From Camelus ferus (taxonomy: Eukaryota): a DNA stretch of 64,000 nt. The stretch spans positions 29,886,001 to 29,950,000 of the forward strand of contig NC_045696.1 in NCBI RefSeq assembly GCF_009834535.1. Reading direction: 5' to 3'. Made by a program: the position numbers and the translations under genes. Positions 26,483-38,800 of this stretch are shown here, piece by piece (within the stretch, counting starts at the first letter, position 1; each line of letters opens with the position of its first letter). The notes beneath the pieces are model-generated. The model was not told the origin of the DNA. It ran no database searches and was given only the letters and a program-made list of their open reading frames with translations.

Positions 26483-28331
26483 GCCTCTCTCCCTACCTCA
26501 TAGCTCGCTATAGAAATGCTTGTTCTGTGTATACAGTCACAGAAGATTCCCCTGGCCCCATACTTCAATCACTAGACATCTATTTCACGTCATTTGTCCC
26601 TAATACATTTTGGTGTCTATTGGCTTATTTTAAGTGGTTCATTTGCACTATTCCCCCCATCAGATACTGAGATTTAATTGTCATGCTCTCTGAATCCTTT
26701 CAATTGCTTCTCTCCCACATGTTGTCATTATTTGGCTCATTTCTGTCCCCAGGGAACGATGTCATGTCCTCATCCTCATCAGCCACTTGATGAGGCTGAA
26801 CAGTGTCAATGTCAGCTTGGCTCTCACCTGACTTTTCATTATCTTCCTCCAAGTTGGCAAAATTTCCTTTCACAGGGGTTGATGTGGGGCTTTCACATTA
26901 GACCTATTCGTTTTAAGTGAGGCATGGCCGTGGCCAGTTCTAGTCTAGTTCCCTTGTGTCTCCTTTCCTCACAGCATCCCACTAGTCATTACTGACTTAT
27001 AACACAATACTGTGTAATAAAATTGGTCATTAGTGCTGAGAAAACAGCTAAGAAGCAATGGCTGAGCCTTCCTTCCTTCTCAGCCATTTACTGCACTGTT
27101 TTACAAAATCTCAGATTTCTTTCCATGGGTCAAGCCCGACCTGAGGTTAATCGGTCTTCTGTTCTGTCATTTCTTCATACTTCTCTTGTTGGTTCTGTGG
27201 ATTGTCACTGAAGCAGAGTCCTCTACACACCATGCCAGAATTTGGTATTGACCACAATGTTCAGAAATAAAGTTTTTCACTTTTTGTTTTTCTTTTTTCC
27301 CAAACTAAGTGGTGATTTGTGTGTCTCAAGAAAATTTCTCCCAAAGCATCAGCTAGAAATGTTATGTATGTCTTTGCATTTTTGCCATTTATTTTCCAAG
27401 TATAAAACACTCTGGCAGCCTCTGAGGACAAATACTTGTTGTTGCATGCTATTTTTCATGCTTTCCCACAAGCTCTTTGGAAGAGCCAGGGAAGCAAACA
27501 AAAGTGAATTGGAATTGAACTGAGTGTAACACTCAGGACATTTTCAAAGTAGACTCCTAAATATAAAAAATATATATCTATATGAACAGTTTTCTTTCTT
27601 TTTCTTTCCTTCACCAACTACACTTTGTGGAATCTGACTTTTACACCTGCTGTCATGTATGATTGAATGGTAACCAAATGGAAGAGAGCATTGAAAAGGG
27701 AGGTGGGTCTTATTTTAGTAACAAAACTGTAAATTCAGAATTTTGATGTATTTATTTTAGTTATTTAACTTGCAGAAGATCCCCTTCCTTCCTCTTTCTA
27801 TAAGGAAATTTAATGGCTAATGGCTGGTAAGCAGACATAAAGTTATCAAATGCTAGATATTGTTTTGGGGGAAGGTTTACAAGGGTCATGAGTGAAGAAA
27901 GAAAACAGGTAGAAAGTGAACTTTTAACCAAAAATTTCGCTAAGTCTTAATGAAGAAGATTGGTTAAAAAGAAAGAACTATTTTCCATGGCTTTGTTTTT
28001 CCACACTGCTGAGAAAGTAAGCTATCACTGTTTCCCCTGCTGTGTCTTTCTTGTTTCCTACTTAGAGGGAGGATCTTAAAACGTGTAGCATCGATGCTCT
28101 TCTTTATGCATAATGTAAAAATGGACAAGAAAACAGAGTAAAACAAAGTAACCAACTTACAATATGCTAAATTCAGTGCCTGTCCAACATGCTACAACAG
28201 CCACGAATAATGTCCTAAATTCTGTTTATTTCCACACACAGGCAGAAACCTTTGTTAAGACACCAAAGAAGAGCTATGGAGGACAGAATATGAGAAACAA
28301 TATATTATAAATAAATGCATATAAGAAAGTT

Positions 28332-29416
28332 TATCCAAAATGTATAAAGAACTCATACAACTCAATAGAAAAAAAGCCAAACAATCTGATTAAAAAGAGG
28401 GCAGAGGAACTGAATAGACATTTTTCCAAAGAAGACATACAGATGGCCAACAGGTACATGAAAAGATGCTCAACATCACTGATCATCAGGGAAATGCAAA
28501 TCAAGCCACAGTGAGATATCACATCATATCTGTTAGAATGGCTATTATAAAAAAGACAAGAGATAAATATCAGCAAGGATGCAGAAAAAAGGGACCCTTT
28601 GTACATTGCTGGTAGGGATGTAAATTGATACAGCTACTATGGAAAACAGAATGGAGGTTTCTTAAAAAATTAAAGATGGAACTACCATATTATCTAGCAA
28701 CTCCACTTCTGGGCATTTATTCAAATTAAACAAAAACACTAACTTGAAAAGATATCTACACCCCCATATTCACTGTAGCATTATTTATAATGGTTAAGAT
28801 ACGGAAACAACCTAAGTGTTCATTGATGGATGAATGAATAAAGAAAATGTGATTATATATATATATGCACACATATATGTATATATATAGTGGAAGGTTA
28901 TTTCAGCCATAAAAAAGAATGAAATCTTGTCATTTGGAAAAATATTAATGGACCTTGAGAGCGTTATACCAAGAGAAATAAGTGAGGCAGAGAAAGACAA
29001 ACACCTTGTGGTCTCACTTATCTGTGGCATCTAAATAAAATACCAAAAACTAAATTTTAACTTATGGATACAGAGAACAGATTGGTTGTTGCCAGAGGTG
29101 GGTAGGGGGTGGGTGAAATGGGTGAGGGGGGTCAAAAGGTCCAAACTTGTAGTTATAAAATAAGTAAATCATGGGGATTTAATGTACAGCATGATGGCTG
29201 TAGTTAATAATGCTGTAGTATATATTTAAAAAGTTGCTAAGAGAGTGGATCTTAAAAGTTCTTATCACAAGAAAAAAATTTTGTAACTGCGTAGTGATAG
29301 ATGTCAAGCAGACTTATTGTGGTGGACATTTCATAACATATACATATGCTGAATTATTATGTTATACACCCAAAACTAATATAATGTTGTATGTCAATTA
29401 TATCTCAATGAAAAAG
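28332..29416 (+). mobile_element. 5'-truncated L1 (L1MA9-like): decayed ORF2 C-terminus plus 3' UTR
   Basis: Translates to [35 protein letters not shown] (L1 ORF2) with stops and frameshifts. L1MA-type 3' UTR. Candidate TSD AGAAAGTT at 28324-28331 and 29417-29424. Confidence 0.93.
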
Positions 29417-30239
29417 AGAAAGTTCAGTTTTTATTTTTAACCCTGGCCTTGGCTTGTTCATTCACCTGGTTTCTCATTTATCCCTTCTGTTAGATTAAGT
29501 AGTGTCCTTCAAACACTTATAATCCAAATGAGAATTTAAAAGATTTACCAAGGCATATTGAATAACCCTTGCCCCAAATCCCTAGAAATAGGTAAATAAA
29601 ACAGTACAGTAAGGATTTAAAGACTAGAAGTAATTTGGTGGCTAAAGAAATTATAGGGTTAAATTTCTGGAGTGTGTTGCAGTATCATAACCATAACTGT
29701 AACCTCTCATTTTAGAAAAGAATCCAAAGTCAGGGACAAAAGTCTGTTATAATTCATTTTGATTTGTGCCTGGTATATAGTTATAACATTTTGAATGCTA
29801 AAATGGAAAGAGTGTCTTTACGGCCATTTTCATGTGTATTTTTCCATGTATATTTAGGAAAGGAACTTGAGATTATTTTAATGGGAGAGAAAAGTAAAAA
29901 TTATTTTCACAGTTTTGGTTCCCCTACACAAACAAGCTTTACATGTTACTACTGAGCAAAGCAAGGGTGATAAAATGGGAATTATTTGCCTTGAACCAGT
30001 GGTTGAAGAAGAGCTTTAGGCTAAGAATCAGCAGATCTATTATGTACCCCCTGCTATGTCACAGATTCACTGGGTGAATCATCACTATTAAAGTGGCGGT
30101 GGGGGAGGGAGGCAAATTGCCCACCAAATCCTGTTCATTACTGTCGATCTTTTCTCCAAAGCATGCCACACTTAGACGATTTTTTCCCCTCCTCTTTAAC
30201 CTGAAGGACTTGTTAACACCCCAGAACGTGATCTTTTCT

Positions 30240-30570
30240 GCTTGGTGCTCTGTGGTGGAGACCAGCTCTGCTCTTTCCATTATGGGCATAGACAGGTGTC
30301 CTCAGCTCTCTCCTATCGTCATTGGCTAGGAGCCCGGAGCCGTAAAATGGCCCTACCTCTGTTTCTACAAAGCTGCTGGGCCGTTTCCGCTTTGCAGCTG
30401 CTTGTCATGAATGCCAGATTCTACTAGCGCGAGCTGACTGACCACCTGGCCGGCGCCGTGCAGCCAGCTGCCACTTACAGCTTGAGGCTAATATATAAGC
30501 ATTCTGATGCCTAACCTCAGCCTGGTCTGAACTCGCTGTGGCTCCCCATTCTTTTTCTCAGTGAGAGTAA
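30240..30570. promoter_or_regulatory. Candidate promoter/enhancer (CpG-enriched, CCAAT, E-boxes, TATA)
   Basis: 11 CpG in 30301-30540 against a CpG-depleted background. CGTCA at 30317, ATTGG at 30321, E-boxes at 30293, 30395, 30443 and 30465, and TATATAA at 30492-30498. Not repeat-derived. Confidence 0.55.
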
Positions 30571-30749
30571 ATTCGGGTTTAGTTCTTTCTTCTTTCCTCC
30601 TTTGCTTCCTTCCTTCCTTCCTTTCGTAAATTGCCTATTAAGTGCTCTGTCTTGTATGAGGATAGAGCTTTTTATTTCTATCTATGCAAATATGAGCGAA
30701 TTGAGGTTTCACATGCAGGGAAAAGTGAAATGAAGTTTCTCTCTATGTA

Positions 30750-30764
30750 TCTCTCTCTCCCTCC

Positions 30765-30799
<35 letters not shown>
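30750..30799. repeat. Compound (CT)n(CA)n microsatellite
   Basis: Directly visible. Confidence 0.95.
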
Positions 30800-33062
30800 G
30801 CGAAAAAAATTCACCGAACTCCATTCCCGTTGCTAACATTTCATTTCCCCATCCTTCTTGGAAGTCACCTGCTCCCAAATGCTGCTCGGTATATTTAAAT
30901 GCTAGTCAACAATCCCAGCCGACAGTTGTTAGCTGACTCTGTTTCTGACATAGCTCATATCTCTCCCAGGATGTTTTTGTTTTAGTATACAGGCAGCACC
31001 ATGTATACGACAGTTAAACTAATGTATTTCTGTTACTCTCTTGGGTGACTTTTTGCAGCTAAAAATGATTCCATGTTGTTTTCTAATGAGAATTTTGGTC
31101 AAACACTGAGTGATAGTAGCAGGTCAATCCTTAGGTTTAGCACCCCAGCGTTTCCTCTTTGCTTTTAAAAGCTCATTGGACAAAAGCCAAGGTAGCAGTT
31201 AGAATCCAGAGGAACCCAGGGGGAGAGGTTTATGAATGCATAGTGAGTGCATATTATCAGTTCCTATTTTTGTGTTTCAAAGTCTCCCCTGGTGTTTGTA
31301 TCTTGATAATTAGAAGAAAATATTATCTCCTAAAAATTCCATCTTCTTTTCAAGCTAAAGGACAAAAATATACTCAGTTTTACAGAAATTGGATAAACTT
31401 TGCTCTTTCTTTCTGTCTGTCTTCTGCACGTAGTAAAGCTGATTGGTAGAAAAATAAATAATTAGCTCTGGAAAATTGTGCCATCTGACTTATTTTCTTC
31501 ATAATTAGACAGCACACCTTTCCTATTAGTGTCAAATCCTCTGCCCTGGGGTGATCTTGGCTTTGAGATCTTAAAAATCACAGACTCATTTAAGCCTCCA
31601 AAGTATACATTGGGAATGAAGCCAAGACCTTTATAAAATGTGAAATAAACACAGTATTTTACAGATAAAAGTGCACCCTCAAATGCTTATCACTACATAT
31701 CTTTGATAAGAATCAACAAATTTGCCAATACTTGTAGCAAGATGTGCATGTCCTCTAACGAGATCATACATTCAGATGATATTTTTCATACTTTACATCC
31801 TCACCGTGACATTGACCAGGAATGTGTGGGCCCACTGGAGAAGAATAAAGGGCTTATACGGTCTATGCCAACATTGCTCCTTTCTAAAGTGATGCTGGAG
31901 AAAGATGCAAACAAATATATTCAGACCCCGCGGTCTCATTTCTCTTAAAAAAAGAGCATTACCAAAGCCAAGGACACTGCTTTGTGACATAATGGGTGGG
32001 GGGCTGACCTGCTCACACAAACAGGGGCATCAAGGGGCTGCCTCGGGGTTTTGATTTCTTGCCAAATAGTGAATAATCTTATAATCAAATGTGCAGCAAT
32101 AACAGACCGAGCCGGGAGGATTAAGGACTAAGTATCCATTGGGCTGCCTGATCTCTTTGTTCTTCAGGTTTAGAGTAGGATAAATGAAAAGGAGGAGGCC
32201 AAGAGGGAGTGGTTTAATATGGAATAAATTGTCTAAAAGGGATCAGTGGAAGCAGGATTATCGATGAGTTGAAGAGTGAGCTCGCTGACTTTTTATTTTA
32301 AAACTAAGGCAGGATAGAGGTATGGGGATAAAGTAGGAAATCAGATAAGAAAAACAAAGGATGCAGGCATATTGGCCTTAAGTAGTCTTTTTCTGTTTCT
32401 GAGATTTCTTATGTTCTTGTGCTCTGAGCCAAGATCAATTGAGATTAATCAGTTGTATAGAAAGCATTGTGATCGCGTTGCAGGCTTTTAAAGTTTAAAT
32501 TTGTTTATTGAGCACAATTTTGTTAGCATCAGGTGCTGAAGTTATAGACACCAACACTAGCATAGAAATTACTTTATTTAGCTCCCAGTTGTAAGTTTCT
32601 ATAGCAACTGGATCCTATACCAGAAAGCTGAGATTCTAGAGCTCAAGTGATACCGTCAGAGAAGGCAGTCTCATGTTTGGGGGGCACTTGCTTCTTTTTT
32701 CCATTTTTTTCCCTCTATTTTGTGGGAAGTTTCTTCAATGTGACTGTGTCTGTTTAGTCATACTTTTAATTACACCTTTTGCTCTGAACCTTCTCCTCTT
32801 GGCAGCAGTATGAAGTGTCTATTTCTCTTGCATTTCGATTTCCATTGACTAGTTGGTATGTTGATGCAGAGGAGGTGGATGTGATCTGCTTTAAATACAG
32901 TTGGAAATTCTGAATAGTGGGGAAAGTGTCCTTAGTGCCAAATTTAGTTAGCCGCTCCAGGCAGAAATTAGGATGTGACTTCAAAAAGGAAACCTACTCT
33001 AATTTCTGTATTATACTTCATTCTGTTCATAAATGCAATGTCATGATTTTTTAATTTTTAAA

Positions 33063-33150
33063 TTTTTTCTTCAATTTTTAAATTGACATATAGTTGGTTT
33101 ACAATGTTGTGTTAATTTCTGGTGTACAGCATAGTGATTCCATTATGTGT
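33063..33150 (-). mobile_element. Short 3' tip of a lineage (cetartiodactyl-type) L1
   Basis: 'ttgacatatagttggtttacaatgttgtgttaatttctggtgtacagcatagtgattc'. Confidence 0.8.
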
Positions 33151-33456
33151 AGAATGTCCCTTATGAAGTTATTTTTTTTTTAATTTTAAGCAAACATATA
33201 CTTGGAAGAAAATTGATTTTATTTTTGTGTTTTATAAATGAACATTTTTATTGTAACAAATAAGCATTTTCTAGAGAGGCTTGTTATGGTCGAAGTAATA
33301 GTTTATGATGTTAGTTTAGCCAATACTGGAGAAAGGTTTAGGGAAGAATAATTACATCTGGGTTCCGATTGTGAGAATAATCACTACATTAATAAAAGAA
33401 ATAAACAGAGTAGCATTCTCTCTGTCAATGTTTTTGAATGGTTCTGATCCAAACAT

Positions 33457-33527
33457 ATAGATAGATGGATGGATGGGTGGATAGATAGATTGATAGATAG
33501 ATTGATAGATAGATAGATAGATAGATA
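33457..33527. repeat. (GATA)n/(GGAT)n tetranucleotide microsatellite
   Basis: Directly visible. Confidence 0.95.
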
Positions 33528-34864
33528 AAACTTAGGTAAGATAAACCCACACAGGAAATACATGTTTTAAATAATGTCATCTTTTTGATGAAACTTCCTG
33601 TGTTAGAAGAACTAGCTTTTGTTATTTGAAATAATCACTAATTGACTGGGTTACACTAGTTAGCAGAAGAATGCTTACCGTGTAACATATGGCATAGAAT
33701 TAGTTTGGAGAATGACAAGAATATATTGTAAAAGCATGAATTCTATGTGTGCCCGGATAAACCAAACCAAAACAAAAGATTTTCACTAAATGTTCACATT
33801 TATTGCTAACTTGGGGCCTATTAACATTTAGAAAATACAATTTCTAAGAGGCAGCTGTTAGAGATTGGCAAATTATAATTTCACAATTCAAAGAGAAAAT
33901 CTTACTTGATTCTAAAATTCTGCACTTGTTTTCTCCTTTCATGAATTATCACACAGCCAAAGCGTAGTGTGTGTGAGAGGAAGGCTAAAACAGACTTGCT
34001 TCCTGACTGTCTGCAAAAATGCATCACCTCAGATGACCTTGGTTCTTTTTGCGCTAAAATAAGGAATTTTCTTCTTCTAATTTTACTACCAATTTAATTA
34101 TAAGAAAACAAACTGTGTGAATAAAACAGATTGTGATTATCTATCTCTATTCTCAGTTTCTACAAGGAATCTTGAAATGTCACCGTTCTGTAGGAGAGTG
34201 TTTGTCATTTTTTTACAGCATGCCTACTATATCATGGTATATCCAAAAGTCATTGGAGAACAATGTTTGGTCCCCTAGAAAAGTAGTTTCCAGAGCTGTG
34301 TTAAAATTCTGAGTAGGTAATAGTTCTTGTAACAACCTATGCATAGAGAAAACATTTGATGAATAAAGAGCAGTTACTGGCCTATACCAACATTTGTGAA
34401 CATCAGGGTTTAGAACTTCTACAAAATGGATTCAGTCATGAACCACTGAATTTATTTTTCCTTTTCAAATTCATCCATGATATAATTTTTATTCAGGTAA
34501 CTAATAATAATAGTAATTAATTTAAAGCATTTTGGGCCACCTAATGCAGTAACTTGATTAAAGAGTTAAATAGTTATTTAGAGTAATACTACATGGAATA
34601 CACAATTTGGATACAGCTAGTTGGATTTCTCAGTATTTTACTAGAGAAATGACAATAGCAATAAGTGGAATAGAGTCATGATTCATACAATTTGGTTTGT
34701 TAACTGAATCAAATCAGATTTGCTTTAAAATATTTATGTATTTCAGTCAGGACCAGCTTTTATAATCACTAACCAATCATAATTGATTCCCATTAATTCT
34801 TTTTTGGTAGAATCAACAAAAAAGAATCAAAATCAAAAGATTAGAGTATTAAAAGTTGTTTGTG

Positions 34865-35406
34865 TGTGCAAAAAAGTTAATAGCACCTCTGAGGCTAGCT
34901 AGTCTCTTGACAAGGCTTATTTGCAAGGCTGGCCATGGGCTGGTGTCCGTGAACTTGGCTTCTGAAACATTGCCTAATTAATATCATAATTTTGCTAGGG
35001 CTAGACTCTGTGCAAACAATATAATTTATAGTGATATCTGCTTTCCTTTTGTGAGTCAGTATCTAGGTAGTGGTTAGGCAGAGAATACCTATGTGGTCAG
35101 TCTCCTATAAAATCCTTGAACTGTGAGTTTAAAATGGATCTCCTACTGTGGAAACATTACTTGTACACATGTTGCTGCCTTTTTTTTTTTTTTTTTGCTA
35201 TATGTGACCTCTCACACGAGGGAGAAGATATAGGAATTCCAATGGATTTCTCCTATCTTTACCTGATGTCATTTTCTCTCTCTAATTTGACTGTGATCTT
35301 TACTGTCTCTATAATATTAGCCATTAGTACAACTGTATGTCTTAGTCCCATGAGTCTTTCTAGCAAATCACCAAATCTGTGGGTAGCCTTGGGGATTCCT
35401 GAAACA
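34865..35406 (+). mobile_element. MER68/MER77-like (MER21-group) solo LTR
   Basis: 'ttgcaaggctggcc...gaacttgg', 'tgtgcaaacaata', 'taggcagagaatacctatgtg', and the end 'ctagcaaatcaccaaatctgtgggtagccttggggattcctgaaaca'. Confidence 0.85.
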
Positions 35407-35699
35407 GATAACTACTCTGGCTGATTTTATCATTCTGGAAGTTTAAAAGAAAATAAAACCCAAACTGAGCCATGACATGGATTAAATATATGGGAATAAA
35501 CATCTGTAGAATAAATCGACATTTCAGCTTATGTGCCATGACAAATATGCCGTCTACCACCTTCTCATTAAATTACTCATAAGATCCATAGTGATACAAA
35601 AGCTGATGTCAGCTTTGTAAACAAAATAAAAAAAGAGATGCTATGGCAAGTTTGGCATAATTTACATCAACTGCACTATTGCTAGTTTGTACTGGAACT

Positions 35700-35900
35700 C
35701 TAACTATCAACTCCTGGTGGAATTTGAGCTTCTGTTTTGGTAGTTTCCTAGCCAAAACAGGAGATCATACAGGAAACCCTAGAATAAAAGTGAGCTAGTA
35801 ATAAACCTGATATGTAGAAAGGCTCAAGGAAACTTGGCTTTCTTAACCTTGGTGATGGATGGAAGTAAAACTAAAATCATCTTTAAAAGTTTATAAACAC
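35700..35900 (+). mobile_element. Possible L3/CR1 3' fragment
   Basis: 'gaaaggctcaaggaaacttggctttcttaaccttgg...atcatctttaaaa' resembles the CR1 ORF2 end. Weak. Confidence 0.35.
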
Positions 35901-36429
35901 AAGCTTACTTTTATGCTAGTGTGAAGACTGAATTCACAAAACTGGTTTGATCTGAAATGCTTTAGCAAATAATTTAATTTAAAGTGATTTGGGTTGGTAG
36001 TGGCCATGGTGATTGGCAGAAACACACACAATTCCTTCTAGAAAATTACATTTCCAAACCAGACCAGTAAGAAGTCCTATTGCTTGAGTTCCAATGAACA
36101 TGAGATCACAATAAAAAAAAAAAAAAAATCAGAAAACACACAGAAACCAAGAAACTGAGTAAGGGCCAGCAGAAGAAACAAACAAACATACAATAAAAAT
36201 TGTAAAAGCCAGTCAGATGAATATGACCTGCAGTAATTACCCACAAAAAGTTCTCTGGACAACAGTGATTTAATGAGAAAACTCTTTCAAATGATTAAAG
36301 GAATAGGCAATTCTCAAACCTTCAAGCCACATGATCTTATCTAGATCTCGGAAGGAAAAAAAAAAAAGAGCTTTCCAACACATGTATGTATATACATATA
36401 GATATAACTGTTATTTAACAATATTGTGA

Positions 36430-36590
36430 CGTGAGTAGCAATATTACCTTCTGTCTGGCAATAAAGTAACTAAGGCACAGGAAATGTAAGTATCTTGGCT
36501 ATTTCATTGGCCTATTAAAAAGTGGAGTCAGGATTTAAATGAAGCAATGATGTTTCAGAGTCTATGTTCATAACTTTATGCTACCCTCTT
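36430..36590 (-). mobile_element. MIR SINE fragment
   Basis: 'aactaaggcacagg...taagtatcttg...aagtggagtcaggatttaaa...cagagtctatgttcataac'. Confidence 0.7.
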
Positions 36591-36599
36591 CAGGAGGTC

Positions 36600-38800
36600 A
36601 GATGCAGAATGTTAAATCTGAGTTGACTATTAGACATGGAGGTGGTGCTACGCAATTGGATGTGAGTCTAGAGTTTGCGAAGAAAGTCTGAGCTAGAGAT
36701 GAAATTTAGGAATTATTAAAGTATAGATTGAATTTAAAAACACAAAATATGATGAAATCACCAAAAAAGTGAAGCTATCTAAAGAATTCATTATTCAGAT
36801 ATGAGGCAGATGAGAAAAAACTGTGGGACTGAGAAGAAATTGCTTGAAAAGTATCAGGAAAATGAGTGTCATAGAAACCAAGCAAATGAAATATTTCAAG
36901 GAAAAGGAAGTAATCTGTGTTCAGTTCTGCTAAAAGGTCAAATAAATGTGGCCTAAGAATTAACTCATAGCTTTAGGAACTTGAAATTCACTGAGGTCTT
37001 GACAAGAATAGGTGTAATGAAATACTGGGGCAAATTCTTAAATGCAGTGGGTTTAAGAGAGAATGGGAGAGAAAGAATTGGAAGTAATAAATTTTATTGA
37101 GATGTTTTATTGTAAAGAGAAGGAGAGAAATGAAGCAGTAGCAGCAAGGAAACATGATTAGAGTAATTATTGTTTTGGTTTTAAGATGAGATAAAGCAAT
37201 ATGCATTTTAGCTGACGTGACGATCTAGTGGAGAGAGAAACACTTAGGATACAAGAGAAATGTAGCACCTGTGGAACAATGCCCTTGGGTTGGTAAGAGG
37301 ATGCAATCTAGGGCACTAGTGGAGCAGCTGGCCTTAAACAGTGACTTTTAATTATTAAAATATGACAGAAGGCAGAGCACGCGAGTAAGTGAATGGATTT
37401 TGTCTTGTAGAAGTTGTCTTCTGCTCACTTAAGTTTTCTCAGTAGGTAGTATTGAAAATGATGATGGAGAAGAAGATGCTTAGAAGAGTCAAGAGGATTA
37501 GCCAAATCAGAAATGAATGAACTACAGATAGGTAGAGTTGTCAAGAGACAATGGGACACCTCAATATTTATAAGCATGAATTTAAAACAAGATTAGCTGG
37601 TATGGTTGAGCATTTTTCTTGAATCACAGTCAGTTCCAAAAAGTGGTGCAGAGTAGGCAGAGTTTTGGGGCTTTACCAAATAAATATCACACATTAAGAG
37701 AGAGCCAAGAGATCTCAAGGTGTAGGCTTGGCAGTGGGAATTAATTGGGTAAAGCGGGAATAAAGGGCTTGAAGTGAATAAAAGTGAAAATGAAGTAGGA
37801 TTAGTAGACTGTAGGTCCTTATATGACTTAAGTACTGTAGGTATTGGAATATTGGAGATAATGAGTTGGAAATTTAGGAGGTAATATTCAAAGAATGGGG
37901 TAATTGGCACTGAGATTATAGGCTTGCAGTGATTGGTAATGACAAAAGCAAAGATATGACTAACGGAATTAGTGGTTAATTTGGGTGGAGAAGATCATTC
38001 AAAGGAAGCCAAAATGCTAGGGTGTTGGAGGCATTACCTACGTGGACATTAAAATCTTCAAAAAATAGGAGACAGTAATAGAGTTAGAGAAAGTTAAAAT
38101 TGTCCATAAATAAGGGGGGATCAGTAGATAACTCCAACAAGGAGGTAAAGGTTATTATAGCCCAATGACACAAAATTCAAAGCTGGGAATATTTAAGGCA
38201 CGAGGAAGAAGAGCCTGAAAATGACACTGAGGGGAATAAAGAAACCTGCCCACCTTCAGGCCCGGTGCTGGAAGGCTGTGGGCAATAAAACTGCTACCAC
38301 TAGAGGGGGCTGCAGAGAAAGCCATCTGTTTGGCAGCACTCCTGGTTCCAATTGAGATTATAGAGGATTTTGTTGCTGATGTATGATGAGCGCCAGAAGT
38401 GGGGAGGTTTTATAAGTGGGGGAGTTGTAGGAACCGGAAAGAGAATAGAGGGTGTACAGAGCTATATGGAGACTAGGAGGTGACGGGGGCGTCTCCTTTT
38501 GTAGCAAACAGAAAAAGGGAAAAGGGGCATAATGGGACTCATGCTGGTGGTCTCAAGACAAACGGTGATGGTCAGGCCTTGAGGGAGGAAGCGGCAGTAG
38601 AGGAGGATAATCAAGAGCCCCTTTGCACTTCTGGGGAAGGTATAATGGAAGCCGGGCTGGAGATGTTCTTGTCCGGAAGGCCTAGAACTCTCGGTTGAAC
38701 TGGAGGCTGGGAGGTCTGAGGAGAGTGGTAGGTCTTTGAGTGCTTACAGATTAAGGGCTAACTCATGACACCTGCTAGAGGTTGGTTGTGATCTTACTTC
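36600..38800 (-). mobile_element. Long L2 LINE relic including the AP-endonuclease part of ORF2
   Basis: Minus-strand translation gives EDFNVH at 38059-38042 (GDFNIH motif), continuing VGNASNTLA, plus 'SHIFAFVITN' (HTLDLVIT-like) and 'PQCHFQ...SFEFCVI'. The lower-coordinate part resembles antisense L2 RT-region sequence. Confidence 0.85.

Noticed and set aside
28331..28606. Hydrophobic 91-aa minus-strand ORF
   Set aside because: This is the well-known antisense translation of L1 ORF2 ([14 protein letters not shown]...), not a membrane protein.
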